A stretch of DNA of 64,000 nucleotides from Candidatus Methylomirabilota bacterium (GTDB lineage Bacteria; Methylomirabilota; Methylomirabilia; Rokubacteriales; CSP1-6): positions 14,040 through 78,039 of the forward strand of contig JBKPAK010000020.1 in assembly GCA_046726415.1 (NCBI GenBank), written 5' to 3'. Each line of letters opens with the position of its first letter. The first letter of the stretch is position 1. Position numbers and translations under genes: made by a program. Under the pieces are notes generated by a model, which had not been told where the DNA came from, did not search any database, and saw only the letters and a program-made list of their open reading frames with translations. Positions 29,794 through 38,458 of this stretch are shown in pieces.

Positions 29794-30951
29794 TGAAGAT
29801 CACTGCCCTCGAGACGTACTTCCTCTCGGCGCCCTTGCCGCAGCCCGTCCGCACGTCGACCCATACGATCAGCCGGGTCAGCGAGGTCATCGTCAAGCTC
29901 GCGACGGATGCTGGCCCCGTGGGGATCGGCGAGGCGCACGGGCCCTTCCTGTTCCAGGGCGCCGAGGGTCTGCGCACCGTGAACGACATTCTGAAGGCGA
30001 TCACGCCGCTCGTCGTCGGAGGAGATCCCTTCGACGTCGAGCGGATCTGGCAGGATGTATTCGCGCTGACGTACCGCACGGTGCGGGGGATCCCCGCGCT
30101 GGCCCGGCAGCAGCGTCCGCTGGTGACCGCCCTGAGCGCTATTGACATCGCGCTGTGGGACCTCATGGGGAAGGCGATCGGGCGACCAGTCTACGCCCTG
30201 CTGGGCGGGGCACTCCGCCGGCGCGTGCCCGCGTATGTGACGGGCTTTTACTACCGGGACGGCGAACGGCCGGACGACCTCGTGCGTGAGGCGGCGCCAT
30301 GTACATGGAGCAGGGCTATCGCACGGTGAAGGTCAAAGTCGGCGGATTGACGCCGGAGGCGGATGCCGAGCGCGTGGGCCTGATCCGGAGGGCCGTGGGC
30401 AAGGGCGTGGCGATCATGCTCGATGCGAACCAGGGCTGGGATTACCCGACCGCGGTGCGCGCCGCCCAGTTGTGCGCCCCTCACGACATCTTCTGGCTGG
30501 AAGATCCCATGCCGTGGTACGACGAGCCGCCACACGCTGCAGAAGCTGAAGGCGGCGGTCAGCATCCCAATCGCGGCCGGCGAGACGGAGGCGAGCCCCT
30601 TCGGTCTGCGCACGATGGTCGCCGAGGGGTTGGTCGATTACCTGATCATCGACTCGACGTGGGCCGGGGGGGCTGACGACCTGGCGGAAGGCTGCGGTGG
30701 TCGCCGAGCTGTATCAGGTGCCTCTGGCCGCACATCACGATCCGCAGATCCACGTCCATGCAGTGGCGGCGAGTCCGACCGGATTCATCCTGGAGTCGTT
30801 CGCCGACCCCACCCGCGATCCGCTGTGGTTCGAGCTGTTTCGCGAGCGGCCGCCCATCATCGATGGCTCCATGGCGCTTCCCGAGGCGCCCGGACTCGGG
30901 CTCGAGTTGCGCGACGAGACGCTGGAGAAATACGGTGTGAAGCTCGGCTGA
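29793..30951 (+). pseudogene. Mandelate racemase/muconate lactonizing enzyme family gene broken by three frameshifts
   Basis: SAIDIALWDL / KVKVG..MLDANQ..WLEDP / IAAGETE / LAAHHD..PGLG lie in successive frames; shifts near 30297, 30528 and 30670. Confidence 0.8.
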
Positions 30952-31013
30952 CGGTCAGGGCCGGTGAAGCGAACGGTGAGCCGGGTGGCCGCCGGTGTGA
31001 TCGAGGCCGCGGC

Positions 31014-32018
31014 TCACCGCTGGCGCACCGAGCAGGTCGGGGCCAGAGCGCGGTCGAGACACTGCCGAAGCCGGGCCCCCGTGACCGCGGCGTACGGCTC
31101 CTGGAGCATGATATCGGCTCGGCAGCTAGGTGACGCGGGGTGCACTTCGAGACCCGACCCGGCGAACGCCTCCCACTCCAGAGACCGGTCGTCGGCCAGG
31201 CTTACCTCGTCGGTGCTCGGCAGGAAGAGCGTGATCCGACCGGGGTAGACCCGCGGCAGGTACCGCCTGGCGGCCGCGGCGGTCGCCTGTTCCACGCGCA
31301 GCCGGTACACGCGCTCGGCACTCCCGCGCTCGATGCTTCGCCGCGCGACGAGATCTCCCACCTTGGTCCGCACGTATCCGGCGCGCTCGCCGCGCCCCAA
31401 GGTCATCAGGATCCGCCCGTGCCTCCTCAGCCGCTCCAACGCCAGTCGGACTTCTACGCGGCTCCGATGGCGCCATCCCAGTGCCGTCGGAGAGGGCGTG
31501 GCGAATAGGGCGAGCAAGGCAACCTCGTGCGCCTGAGCTCGGAGCTGCTGAGCCATCTCGAAAGCCACCACCCCGCCCAGGCAATAGCCGCCGAGCGCGT
31601 AGGGCCCTTCCGGCTGGAGGCCTCGCATCTCTGCCACAAAGTAGGCGGCAAGATCCTCGATCCGCTCGAGCGGAAGGCGCGTCCCGTCGAGCCCCGGTGG
31701 CCGCAAGGCGTAGAACGGCTGGTCGGTTCCCAGGTGACTGGCCAGGCGGACGTAGCAGAAGACGTCTCCATTGTGCCCGGGCACGGCGACCAGGCGGGGG
31801 CGGGAGCCGGCAGCCTGCATGGGAACCACCGCCGAGCTCTTCGACCATTCCTCAGCCGCCTGGAGAAACGCCACGATTTCGGGCTTGCGCAGGCCGAGCT
31901 CCTCGCGAAGCGCGAGGGTGAGGCCCCCCTGGGGTGCGTTACAGCGCAGGCGATCCCCTTCCACCCAGACCCGGATATCCCGGCTGCGCAGTTGGGAGAG
32001 GAACTCGGCCGTTGTCAC
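31014..32018 (-). CDS. Stand-alone thioesterase-like protein with an N-terminal TubC-type docking domain
   Basis: EFLSQLRSRDIRVWVEGDRLRCNAPQG..K.EIVAFL docking motif; QPEGPYALGGYCLGG. GTG overlaps the NRPS stop. Confidence 0.88.
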   Translation of the reverse strand: MTTAEFLSQLRSRDIRVWVEGDRLRCNAPQGGLTLALREELGLRKPEIVAFLQAAEEWSKSSAVVPMQAAGSRPRLVAVPGHNGDVFCYVRLASHLGTDQPFYALRPPGLDGTRLPLERIEDLAAYFVAEMRGLQPEGPYALGGYCLGGVVAFEMAQQLRAQAHEVALLALFATPSPTALGWRHRSRVEVRLALERLRRHGRILMTLGRGERAGYVRTKVGDLVARRSIERGSAERVYRLRVEQATAAAARRYLPRVYPGRITLFLPSTDEVSLADDRSLEWEAFAGSGLEVHPASPSCRADIMLQEPYAAVTGARLRQCLDRALAPTCSVRQR

Positions 32019-35000
32019 AGCTCGATCTCGTCTCGAGCCCCGATTGGTGCGGAGTGCTCTTTTCCCGAGGCCCACGTGAGGGTGTCCACGACCTCGGCCA
32101 GCCCGGCTACCGTGGGGGCGATGAAGAGGCTGCGCAGCGGCAGCTCCACGGCGAATTGCTCGCGAGCGCGCGCGATCAGGCGGGCCGCCAGGAGTGAATG
32201 GCCGCCCAGGTCGAAGAAGTTATCGTGGATATCGACGCGATCCTGCTGCAGGACGTCGGCCCAGATGGCAGCCAGTGCCTTCTCGGTGTCGGAGCGAGGT
32301 GAAGCAGTCGGCCGATCGGCTCTCCCAGACTCGTCCCGGGCGGGAAGAGCCCGACGGTCGACCTTGCCGTTGGGGGCTAACGGCAGCGCGTCCAGGACGA
32401 CGAAGGCCGAAGGGATCATGTACTCGGGAAGCCGTCGGCGGAGGTGAACCCGAAGCTCGGTCTCGCTGAGGTCTGCTCCGGCTACGGCGGAGGTCACGTA
32501 GGCCAACAGCCGCTTGAGCTCAGGCGCGTCCTCCCGCAGCACGACCACACTCTCGCGAACGCCGGGACACCGGGCCAGGGCGTTCTCGACCTCGCCGAGC
32601 TCGATGCGGAAACCCCGGAGCTTGACCTGATGGTCGAGGCGGCCCAGGTAGTCGAGGGTGCCATCGGCCCGGTAGCGGGCGAGGTCACCGGTCTTGTAGA
32701 GGCGGGCGTTTGGATCGGCGCTGAACGGATGTCGGATGAACTTCTGGGCGGTGAGATCGGGGAGGTGCAGATAGCCGTGGGCCAGGCCGCATCCTCCGAT
32801 GTGCAGCTCGCCGGGAACGCCGACAGGTACGGGCTGCAAGTGGGGGTCGAGGAGGTAGATCTCGGTATTGGCGATGGGACGGCCGATGGGGACGGGATCG
32901 TCGGTGCCCGAGACGCGATGCAAGGTAGACCAGATGGTGGTCTCCGTGGGGCCGTAGAGATTCCAGACACTGACGCCGCGGCGGCAGAGCGCGGTGGCCA
33001 GGTCGGTCGAGAGGGCCTCGCCGCCGCAGAGGATCGCGAGGCCCGGCGTACCGGGCCAGCTAGCTTCCAGCATCAGACGCCACGTGGCCGGAGTGGCCTG
33101 CATGATCGTGACCTGGTGACGCGCGAGCAGGCCGACCAGCTGAGCTCCGTCGCTGGTGGTGTCGCGGCGGGCGATGATGACGCGAGCGCCCACGAGGAGC
33201 GGCAGGAACAGTTCCAATCCGGCGATGTCGAAGGACAGGGTGGTTACGGCCAGGAGGCAGTCGTGGGCGGTGACACCCGGCGTCCGGAGCATGCTGGCGA
33301 GGAAGTTGACCAAGGCCCGGTGCGGGACCTGGACACCCTTGGGCTGGCCGCTGGAGCCTGAGGTGTAGATGACGTAGGCAACGTCGTCAGCCGTAACCCC
33401 GCTGACGGGAGGGGCCTCGGGCTCGAGACTGATCAGATCCCAGTCGGCGTCCAGATAGACCGTTTGGGCGTCGTGGTTGTCCAGCGTGTCCTCGAGCGCG
33501 CGCTGGGTGACAAGGATAGGGGCCTGGGCGTCGGCGAGCATGAAGGCCAAGCGCTCGGGGGGGTAGGTGGGATCCAGGGGCACATACGCTCCGCCCGCCT
33601 TGAGGATGCCCAGCACGCCGACGAGCATGTCGAGGGAACGCTCGACGCACAGGCCGACGCGGCAGTTGGGGCCGACGCCGCGACCGCGCAGGTGATGAGA
33701 GAGCTGGTTGGCGCGGCGGTGGAGCTCGCGGTAGGTGAGAGCGGCATCCTCGAAGACAGCGGCGATCGCGTCGGGAGAGCACTCGGCCTGAGCCTCGAGG
33801 AGATCGGGCAGGGTGGCCTGCTGGGGATGGGCCGCTCCGGTGGCGTTCCAGTCGACGAGGAGCTGCCGGCGCTCGTCGTCAGTGAGAAGCGGTAAGGCAG
33901 ACAGGCGCTCGGTGGGACTGGCCACGATGCCTTCGAGCAGGACTCGGAAGTGGCCGGCGAGACGCGCGATGGTGGGGGGGTCGAACAGATCGGTGTTGTA
34001 CTGCAGCGCGCCGCGCAGGCCCTCGCTGCTCTCGCGCAGGAACAGGGTCAGGTCGAACTCGGAGGCACCCGTTTCGGTGTCGATCGGCCTCGCGGTCAGA
34101 CCCGGGAGGGCGAGGGCGATGGGAGCGGTGTTCTCCAGCACGAACATCACCTGGGCGAGCGGGGCGTGGCCGAGGCTCCGCTCGGGACGCAAGTCCTCCA
34201 CGAGTTTCTCGAAGGGAAGATCCTGGTGGTCGTACGCGTCGAGGGTGACGCGGCGGACGCGGCCGAGCAGATCGCGGAAGGAGGGGTCGTCAGCTGCGGA
34301 GGTCCGGAGGGCCAGCGTATTGACGAAGACGCCTATGAGTGGCTCAAGGTCGGGTCGGGACCGCCCGGCAATCGGCGACGCCACGACGATGTCGCTCTGC
34401 CCGCTGAGGCGATGCACCAGGGTCTGGACGGCGGCGAGGAGGCACATAAAGAGGGTGACGTCCTCGCGGCGGCTCAGGGCAAGCAAGTCCGCGGTCAGCG
34501 CCGCGGGCAGGGCGAAGTAATGGTGGGCGCCGCGATAGCTCTGCACCGCGGGCCGGGGCCGATCCGTAGGGAGCTCGAGAAGCGGAGGAACGCCGGCGAG
34601 CTGCTGGATCCAGTAGGCCCGCTGGGCGGTCACCGCCGGTCCTTCGAGCATCTGGCGCTGCCAGAGGGCGAAGTCGGCGTACTGGATGGGCAGGGCCGGC
34701 AGAGGAGACGGCCGGCCGTGGGTGAAGGCTTCGTAGAGGGCAGCGAGTTCCTGGAAGAGCACGCCGAGAGACCAGCCGTCGGAGGCGATGTGATGGCTGA
34801 CCAGGAGGAGGACGCACTCGTCGGCCGCCAGCCGAACCACGGCCGCCCGCAGCAGCAGATCGCGGGTGAGGTCGAAGGGGCGGCCAGCTTCCTGTCTGAG
34901 TAGCCGCCCTAGTTCGGTCTCGCGGGGAGCCGCAGGCCAGGCGCGCAAGTCGACGACGGTTACGTCGGCTGGCCGAGACCCGGCGATGATTTGGACGGGG

Positions 35001-38000
35001 CTGCCGCGCTGAAAGGCGAAGGTCGTGCGCAGGGCCTCATGGCGCGCGACGAGCAAGTCCAGACTCTGCTGCAGGGCCGGGAGATCGAGGGCGCCCCCGA
35101 GGCGAACAGCGGAGGCGATGTTGTGGAGCGGGCTGTCGGGGGTGAGCTGGTTGAGGAACCACAGGCGCTGCTGAGCGAAGGAGAGCGGGCAGGGACCCGT
35201 ATCGAGACGGCGCGGAATTGCCCCATTCTCTGCGCGCGGGGCGAGGTCGCTCGGCCGGCCGAAGGCAGCGCGGCCTGCGTCGATCAGCGTGGCCAGCTGC
35301 GCCACGCTGGGCGACTCGAACAGGGCGCGGAGGGACACGTCGGCGCCGAAGGAATCCCGCAGTCGAGCCACCATCCGCATGCCGAGCAAGGAGTGGCCGC
35401 CCAGGTCGAAGAAGTTGTCATGGACGCCGACCTCGGGGAGGTCGAGCAGATCGCACCAGATCTGAGCGATGAATCGTTCGGTCGCCGTGGTTGGCGGTGC
35501 GAGCCGCGGCACTGGAGCCCCGTCCGCAATGGCATCGGGCAACGCAGAGCGATCGACTTTCCCGGAGGGCGTGAGCGGCAAGGTTGGGAGGGGCACGAAG
35601 ACGGAGGGGATCATATAGTGCGGCAGCTTCTGCCCAAGGTAGGCGCGGAGGTCGGCCGCGGAGGGTTCAGCCCCGCCGCGGCCGACCACGTAGGCCACCA
35701 GGCGCTGGTCACCGGAGTGGCTCTCGCGGACGACCACGACTGCGTGGCCCACGAGCGGGTGCTGCCCCAGAACCGTTTCGATTTCCCCGAGCTCGATGCG
35801 GAAGCCCCGAATCTTGACCTGGTGGTCGAGACGGCCGAGGAAGTCGAGCTGTCCGTCGCTGCGGTAGCGGACGAGGTCTCCCGTCCGATAGAGGCGCGCG
35901 CCCGGGCGGCCGGCGAACGGATCCGCCACGAATCGCTCGGCGCTCAGGTCCGGTCGACCTCGGTAGCCGCGCGCCACCCCCGCGCCGCCGATGTACAGTT
36001 CGCCGGGCACGCCCACGGGCCGCGGTTGACCTCGCGGGTCGAGGACGTACACGCGGGTGTTGGCGAGCGGCCGTCCGATGGAAACGGCGCCGTCCCCGGG
36101 CGTCACTCGATGCGCGGTGGACCAGATCGTCGTCTCCGTTGGCCCGTACAGATTCCAGACCTCGCTGGCGCGGGAGAGGAGCTCCGCGGCCAAGCCGCGC
36201 GCGAGCGCTTCGCCCCCACACAGCGCCTTGAACGGCCGGCGGCCTTCCCAGCCGGCCTCGAGCAGGAGCCGCCACGTGGCAGGCGTCGCCTGCATCACCG
36301 TCGTTCCCGATCGCGTGATCCACTGCGCGAGCTGCCGGCCGTCCGCCGCCGCGTCCTGGCTGACCACCTCGACCTTGGCGCCGACGACGAGCGGCAGGAT
36401 CAGCTCCAGCACCGCGATGTCGAATGAGATGGTGGTGACGGACAGCATCTGGTCCGATGGCGTCAGAGTCAGGATCTCCTGCATCGCGCCGAGAAAGTTC
36501 GCCACGGCTCGGTGAGGGATCTCCACGCCCTTGGGGCGCCCCGTCGAGCCCGAGGTGTAGATCGCGTAGGCCAGCGACTCCGGGTCGATCGGTCCCGAGG
36601 GGGGCCCGGCGCTGCGGTCAGAGAGTTCCGCACAGTCCGAATCCACATAGACGACGGTGGTTGTCCCGGCCGGGACGCGATCGCGGAGCGAGGTCCGCGT
36701 CAGAAGAACGACCGCTTGGGAGTCCTCTAACATGAAGCCGAGCCGCTCGGTGGGGAACGTCGGATCGAGGGGCACATACGCCCCCCCCGCCTTGAGAACG
36801 GCCAGGAGCGCCACGACGAGATCTGCGGACCGCTCGAGACAGAGGCCGACCAGGACGTCCGGCCCGACGCCGAGTTCACGAAGGCGATGCGCGAGGCGGT
36901 TGGCGCGGTGATTGAGCTGCTGGTACGTCACAGTTTCCCCGCCGCACACCACGGCCACGGCCTCCGGAGTCCGGCCCGCCTGGGCGTCGAAGAGAAGCGG
37001 CACGGTCGTGGCCGGATAGTCCCGCTCAGTGGCGTTCCACCGCCCTAAGATCTGACCGCGATCCTCCGCTGACAGTACGCTGACGAACCCGATGTTCTGC
37101 TGCGGATCGGCGGCCAGCCCCTCCAGAACCGCCTGGTAGGAGCGAAGCCACTGCCGGATGGTATCGGACTCGAAGAGATCGATGTTGTAGTACCAATCCA
37201 CCACCAGGTTCCCCGCGGACTGCGCGATGTTCACGTCCACGTCGAAGTTGATCGCGCGCCGAGGCGGGATGACGAGCTCGGCCTCGAGACCGGCGAACTT
37301 CGGCGCCACCGCGGGGGGGTCGAGATTGAAGATCACCGATGTGAGCGGCAGTCGGCTCCGATCGCGAGGGAGGCGGAGCTTCTCGAGCAGGCTGCCATAG
37401 GTGTAGCGCCGGTGATCGTGGACGTCGAAAACGATGGTCTTCAGCGAACTCAAATAGTCCGCGAATGGCATGTCAGGCTCGAGGCGGCTCCGCACCGGCA
37501 AGAGGCTTGCGCAGTGTCCCACCACGTCGTTGGCGCCTTCTGCCGTCTGCCCTGCCACCACGATGCCGACGACGATGTCCTCGTGCCCGGTCAGCCGATG
37601 GAGCACCACCTTCAGTCCGGCCAGGAGCGCGGTGAAGAGCGTGCTGCCGCGCGACGCGCCCAGGTGTCGCAGCGCACGGCCGAGCGCCGCCGGCAACGTG
37701 AGGCGTTCTCGGCCCGCCCGGTACGTCTTCACAGCGGGTCGCGGCCGGTCGGCCGGCAGCTCGAGGACGGGCACAGGGGCCGCGAACTGCTCGAGCCAGT
37801 ACTGCTCGGTCGCTGTCCGGGCCGCGGTGCCCTCGAGCTCGCGCTCCTCGCGAGCATAATCGGCGAACTGCCTGGCCGGACCCAACGGGGCGGTCCGACC
37901 CTGGCGGACGGCTGAATAGAGAGTCCCGATCTCCTCGAGCAAGATTCCGAGCGACCATCCGTCCACCGCGATGTGGTGCACGGATACGAGGAGGACGTGG

Positions 38001-38458
38001 TGCTCCTCGCCGAGCCTCGCGATGCGGGCGCGCAGCACGGGGCCCCGACCGAGGTCGAATGGGTCCCACACGTCCTGCCGCGCGAGTTCGTCGAGCAGCC
38101 CCTCTCGTTGCGCGGGCGGTCGCGCCGACAGGTCGTCCAGGGGCACATCCACCGGCATGAACGCCTCCAGGATGCACTCCTTTCCATCCGCGCTGAATCG
38201 GCTGCGCAGGGCGTCATGTCGCGCAACGAGCTGCTGGATCGCCTCCCGGAGCGCGCTCACCTGACACGGCCCGCGGAGGTGTACGGCCACCGCGTCGGCG
38301 AACGCCCGCGATCCGTCCTCGCCCATCTGGGTGGCCAGCCAGATCTCCCGCTGCGCCTCGGTCATCGGCAAGGTGGTCGGGGCGGATTGCTCCTGTCTGA
38401 ACGGATCGAAGTCGACCGGCGTCAACGTGAGGGAAGAGAGACGCGGCTCGGTGGTCAT
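32015..38458 (-). CDS. NRPS, C-A(Gly)-T-C-A(Gly)-T
   Basis: HHIAVDG and HHIASDG; two YTSGS, YGPTETTIW and GKVDR; two LGGHS. Pocket residues read by eye as DILQLGLIWK in both A domains. Confidence 0.93.
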   Translation of the reverse strand: MTTEPRLSSLTLTPVDFDPFRQEQSAPTTLPMTEAQREIWLATQMGEDGSRAFADAVAVHLRGPCQVSALREAIQQLVARHDALRSRFSADGKECILEAFMPVDVPLDDLSARPPAQREGLLDELARQDVWDPFDLGRGPVLRARIARLGEEHHVLLVSVHHIAVDGWSLGILLEEIGTLYSAVRQGRTAPLGPARQFADYAREERELEGTAARTATEQYWLEQFAAPVPVLELPADRPRPAVKTYRAGRERLTLPAALGRALRHLGASRGSTLFTALLAGLKVVLHRLTGHEDIVVGIVVAGQTAEGANDVVGHCASLLPVRSRLEPDMPFADYLSSLKTIVFDVHDHRRYTYGSLLEKLRLPRDRSRLPLTSVIFNLDPPAVAPKFAGLEAELVIPPRRAINFDVDVNIAQSAGNLVVDWYYNIDLFESDTIRQWLRSYQAVLEGLAADPQQNIGFVSVLSAEDRGQILGRWNATERDYPATTVPLLFDAQAGRTPEAVAVVCGGETVTYQQLNHRANRLAHRLRELGVGPDVLVGLCLERSADLVVALLAVLKAGGAYVPLDPTFPTERLGFMLEDSQAVVLLTRTSLRDRVPAGTTTVVYVDSDCAELSDRSAGPPSGPIDPESLAYAIYTSGSTGRPKGVEIPHRAVANFLGAMQEILTLTPSDQMLSVTTISFDIAVLELILPLVVGAKVEVVSQDAAADGRQLAQWITRSGTTVMQATPATWRLLLEAGWEGRRPFKALCGGEALARGLAAELLSRASEVWNLYGPTETTIWSTAHRVTPGDGAVSIGRPLANTRVYVLDPRGQPRPVGVPGELYIGGAGVARGYRGRPDLSAERFVADPFAGRPGARLYRTGDLVRYRSDGQLDFLGRLDHQVKIRGFRIELGEIETVLGQHPLVGHAVVVVRESHSGDQRLVAYVVGRGGAEPSAADLRAYLGQKLPHYMIPSVFVPLPTLPLTPSGKVDRSALPDAIADGAPVPRLAPPTTATERFIAQIWCDLLDLPEVGVHDNFFDLGGHSLLGMRMVARLRDSFGADVSLRALFESPSVAQLATLIDAGRAAFGRPSDLAPRAENGAIPRRLDTGPCPLSFAQQRLWFLNQLTPDSPLHNIASAVRLGGALDLPALQQSLDLLVARHEALRTTFAFQRGSPVQIIAGSRPADVTVVDLRAWPAAPRETELGRLLRQEAGRPFDLTRDLLLRAAVVRLAADECVLLLVSHHIASDGWSLGVLFQELAALYEAFTHGRPSPLPALPIQYADFALWQRQMLEGPAVTAQRAYWIQQLAGVPPLLELPTDRPRPAVQSYRGAHHYFALPAALTADLLALSRREDVTLFMCLLAAVQTLVHRLSGQSDIVVASPIAGRSRPDLEPLIGVFVNTLALRTSAADDPSFRDLLGRVRRVTLDAYDHQDLPFEKLVEDLRPERSLGHAPLAQVMFVLENTAPIALALPGLTARPIDTETGASEFDLTLFLRESSEGLRGALQYNTDLFDPPTIARLAGHFRVLLEGIVASPTERLSALPLLTDDERRQLLVDWNATGAAHPQQATLPDLLEAQAECSPDAIAAVFEDAALTYRELHRRANQLSHHLRGRGVGPNCRVGLCVERSLDMLVGVLGILKAGGAYVPLDPTYPPERLAFMLADAQAPILVTQRALEDTLDNHDAQTVYLDADWDLISLEPEAPPVSGVTADDVAYVIYTSGSSGQPKGVQVPHRALVNFLASMLRTPGVTAHDCLLAVTTLSFDIAGLELFLPLLVGARVIIARRDTTSDGAQLVGLLARHQVTIMQATPATWRLMLEASWPGTPGLAILCGGEALSTDLATALCRRGVSVWNLYGPTETTIWSTLHRVSGTDDPVPIGRPIANTEIYLLDPHLQPVPVGVPGELHIGGCGLAHGYLHLPDLTAQKFIRHPFSADPNARLYKTGDLARYRADGTLDYLGRLDHQVKLRGFRIELGEVENALARCPGVRESVVVLREDAPELKRLLAYVTSAVAGADLSETELRVHLRRRLPEYMIPSAFVVLDALPLAPNGKVDRRALPARDESGRADRPTASPRSDTEKALAAIWADVLQQDRVDIHDNFFDLGGHSLLAARLIARAREQFAVELPLRSLFIAPTVAGLAEVVDTLTWASGKEHSAPIGARDEIEL

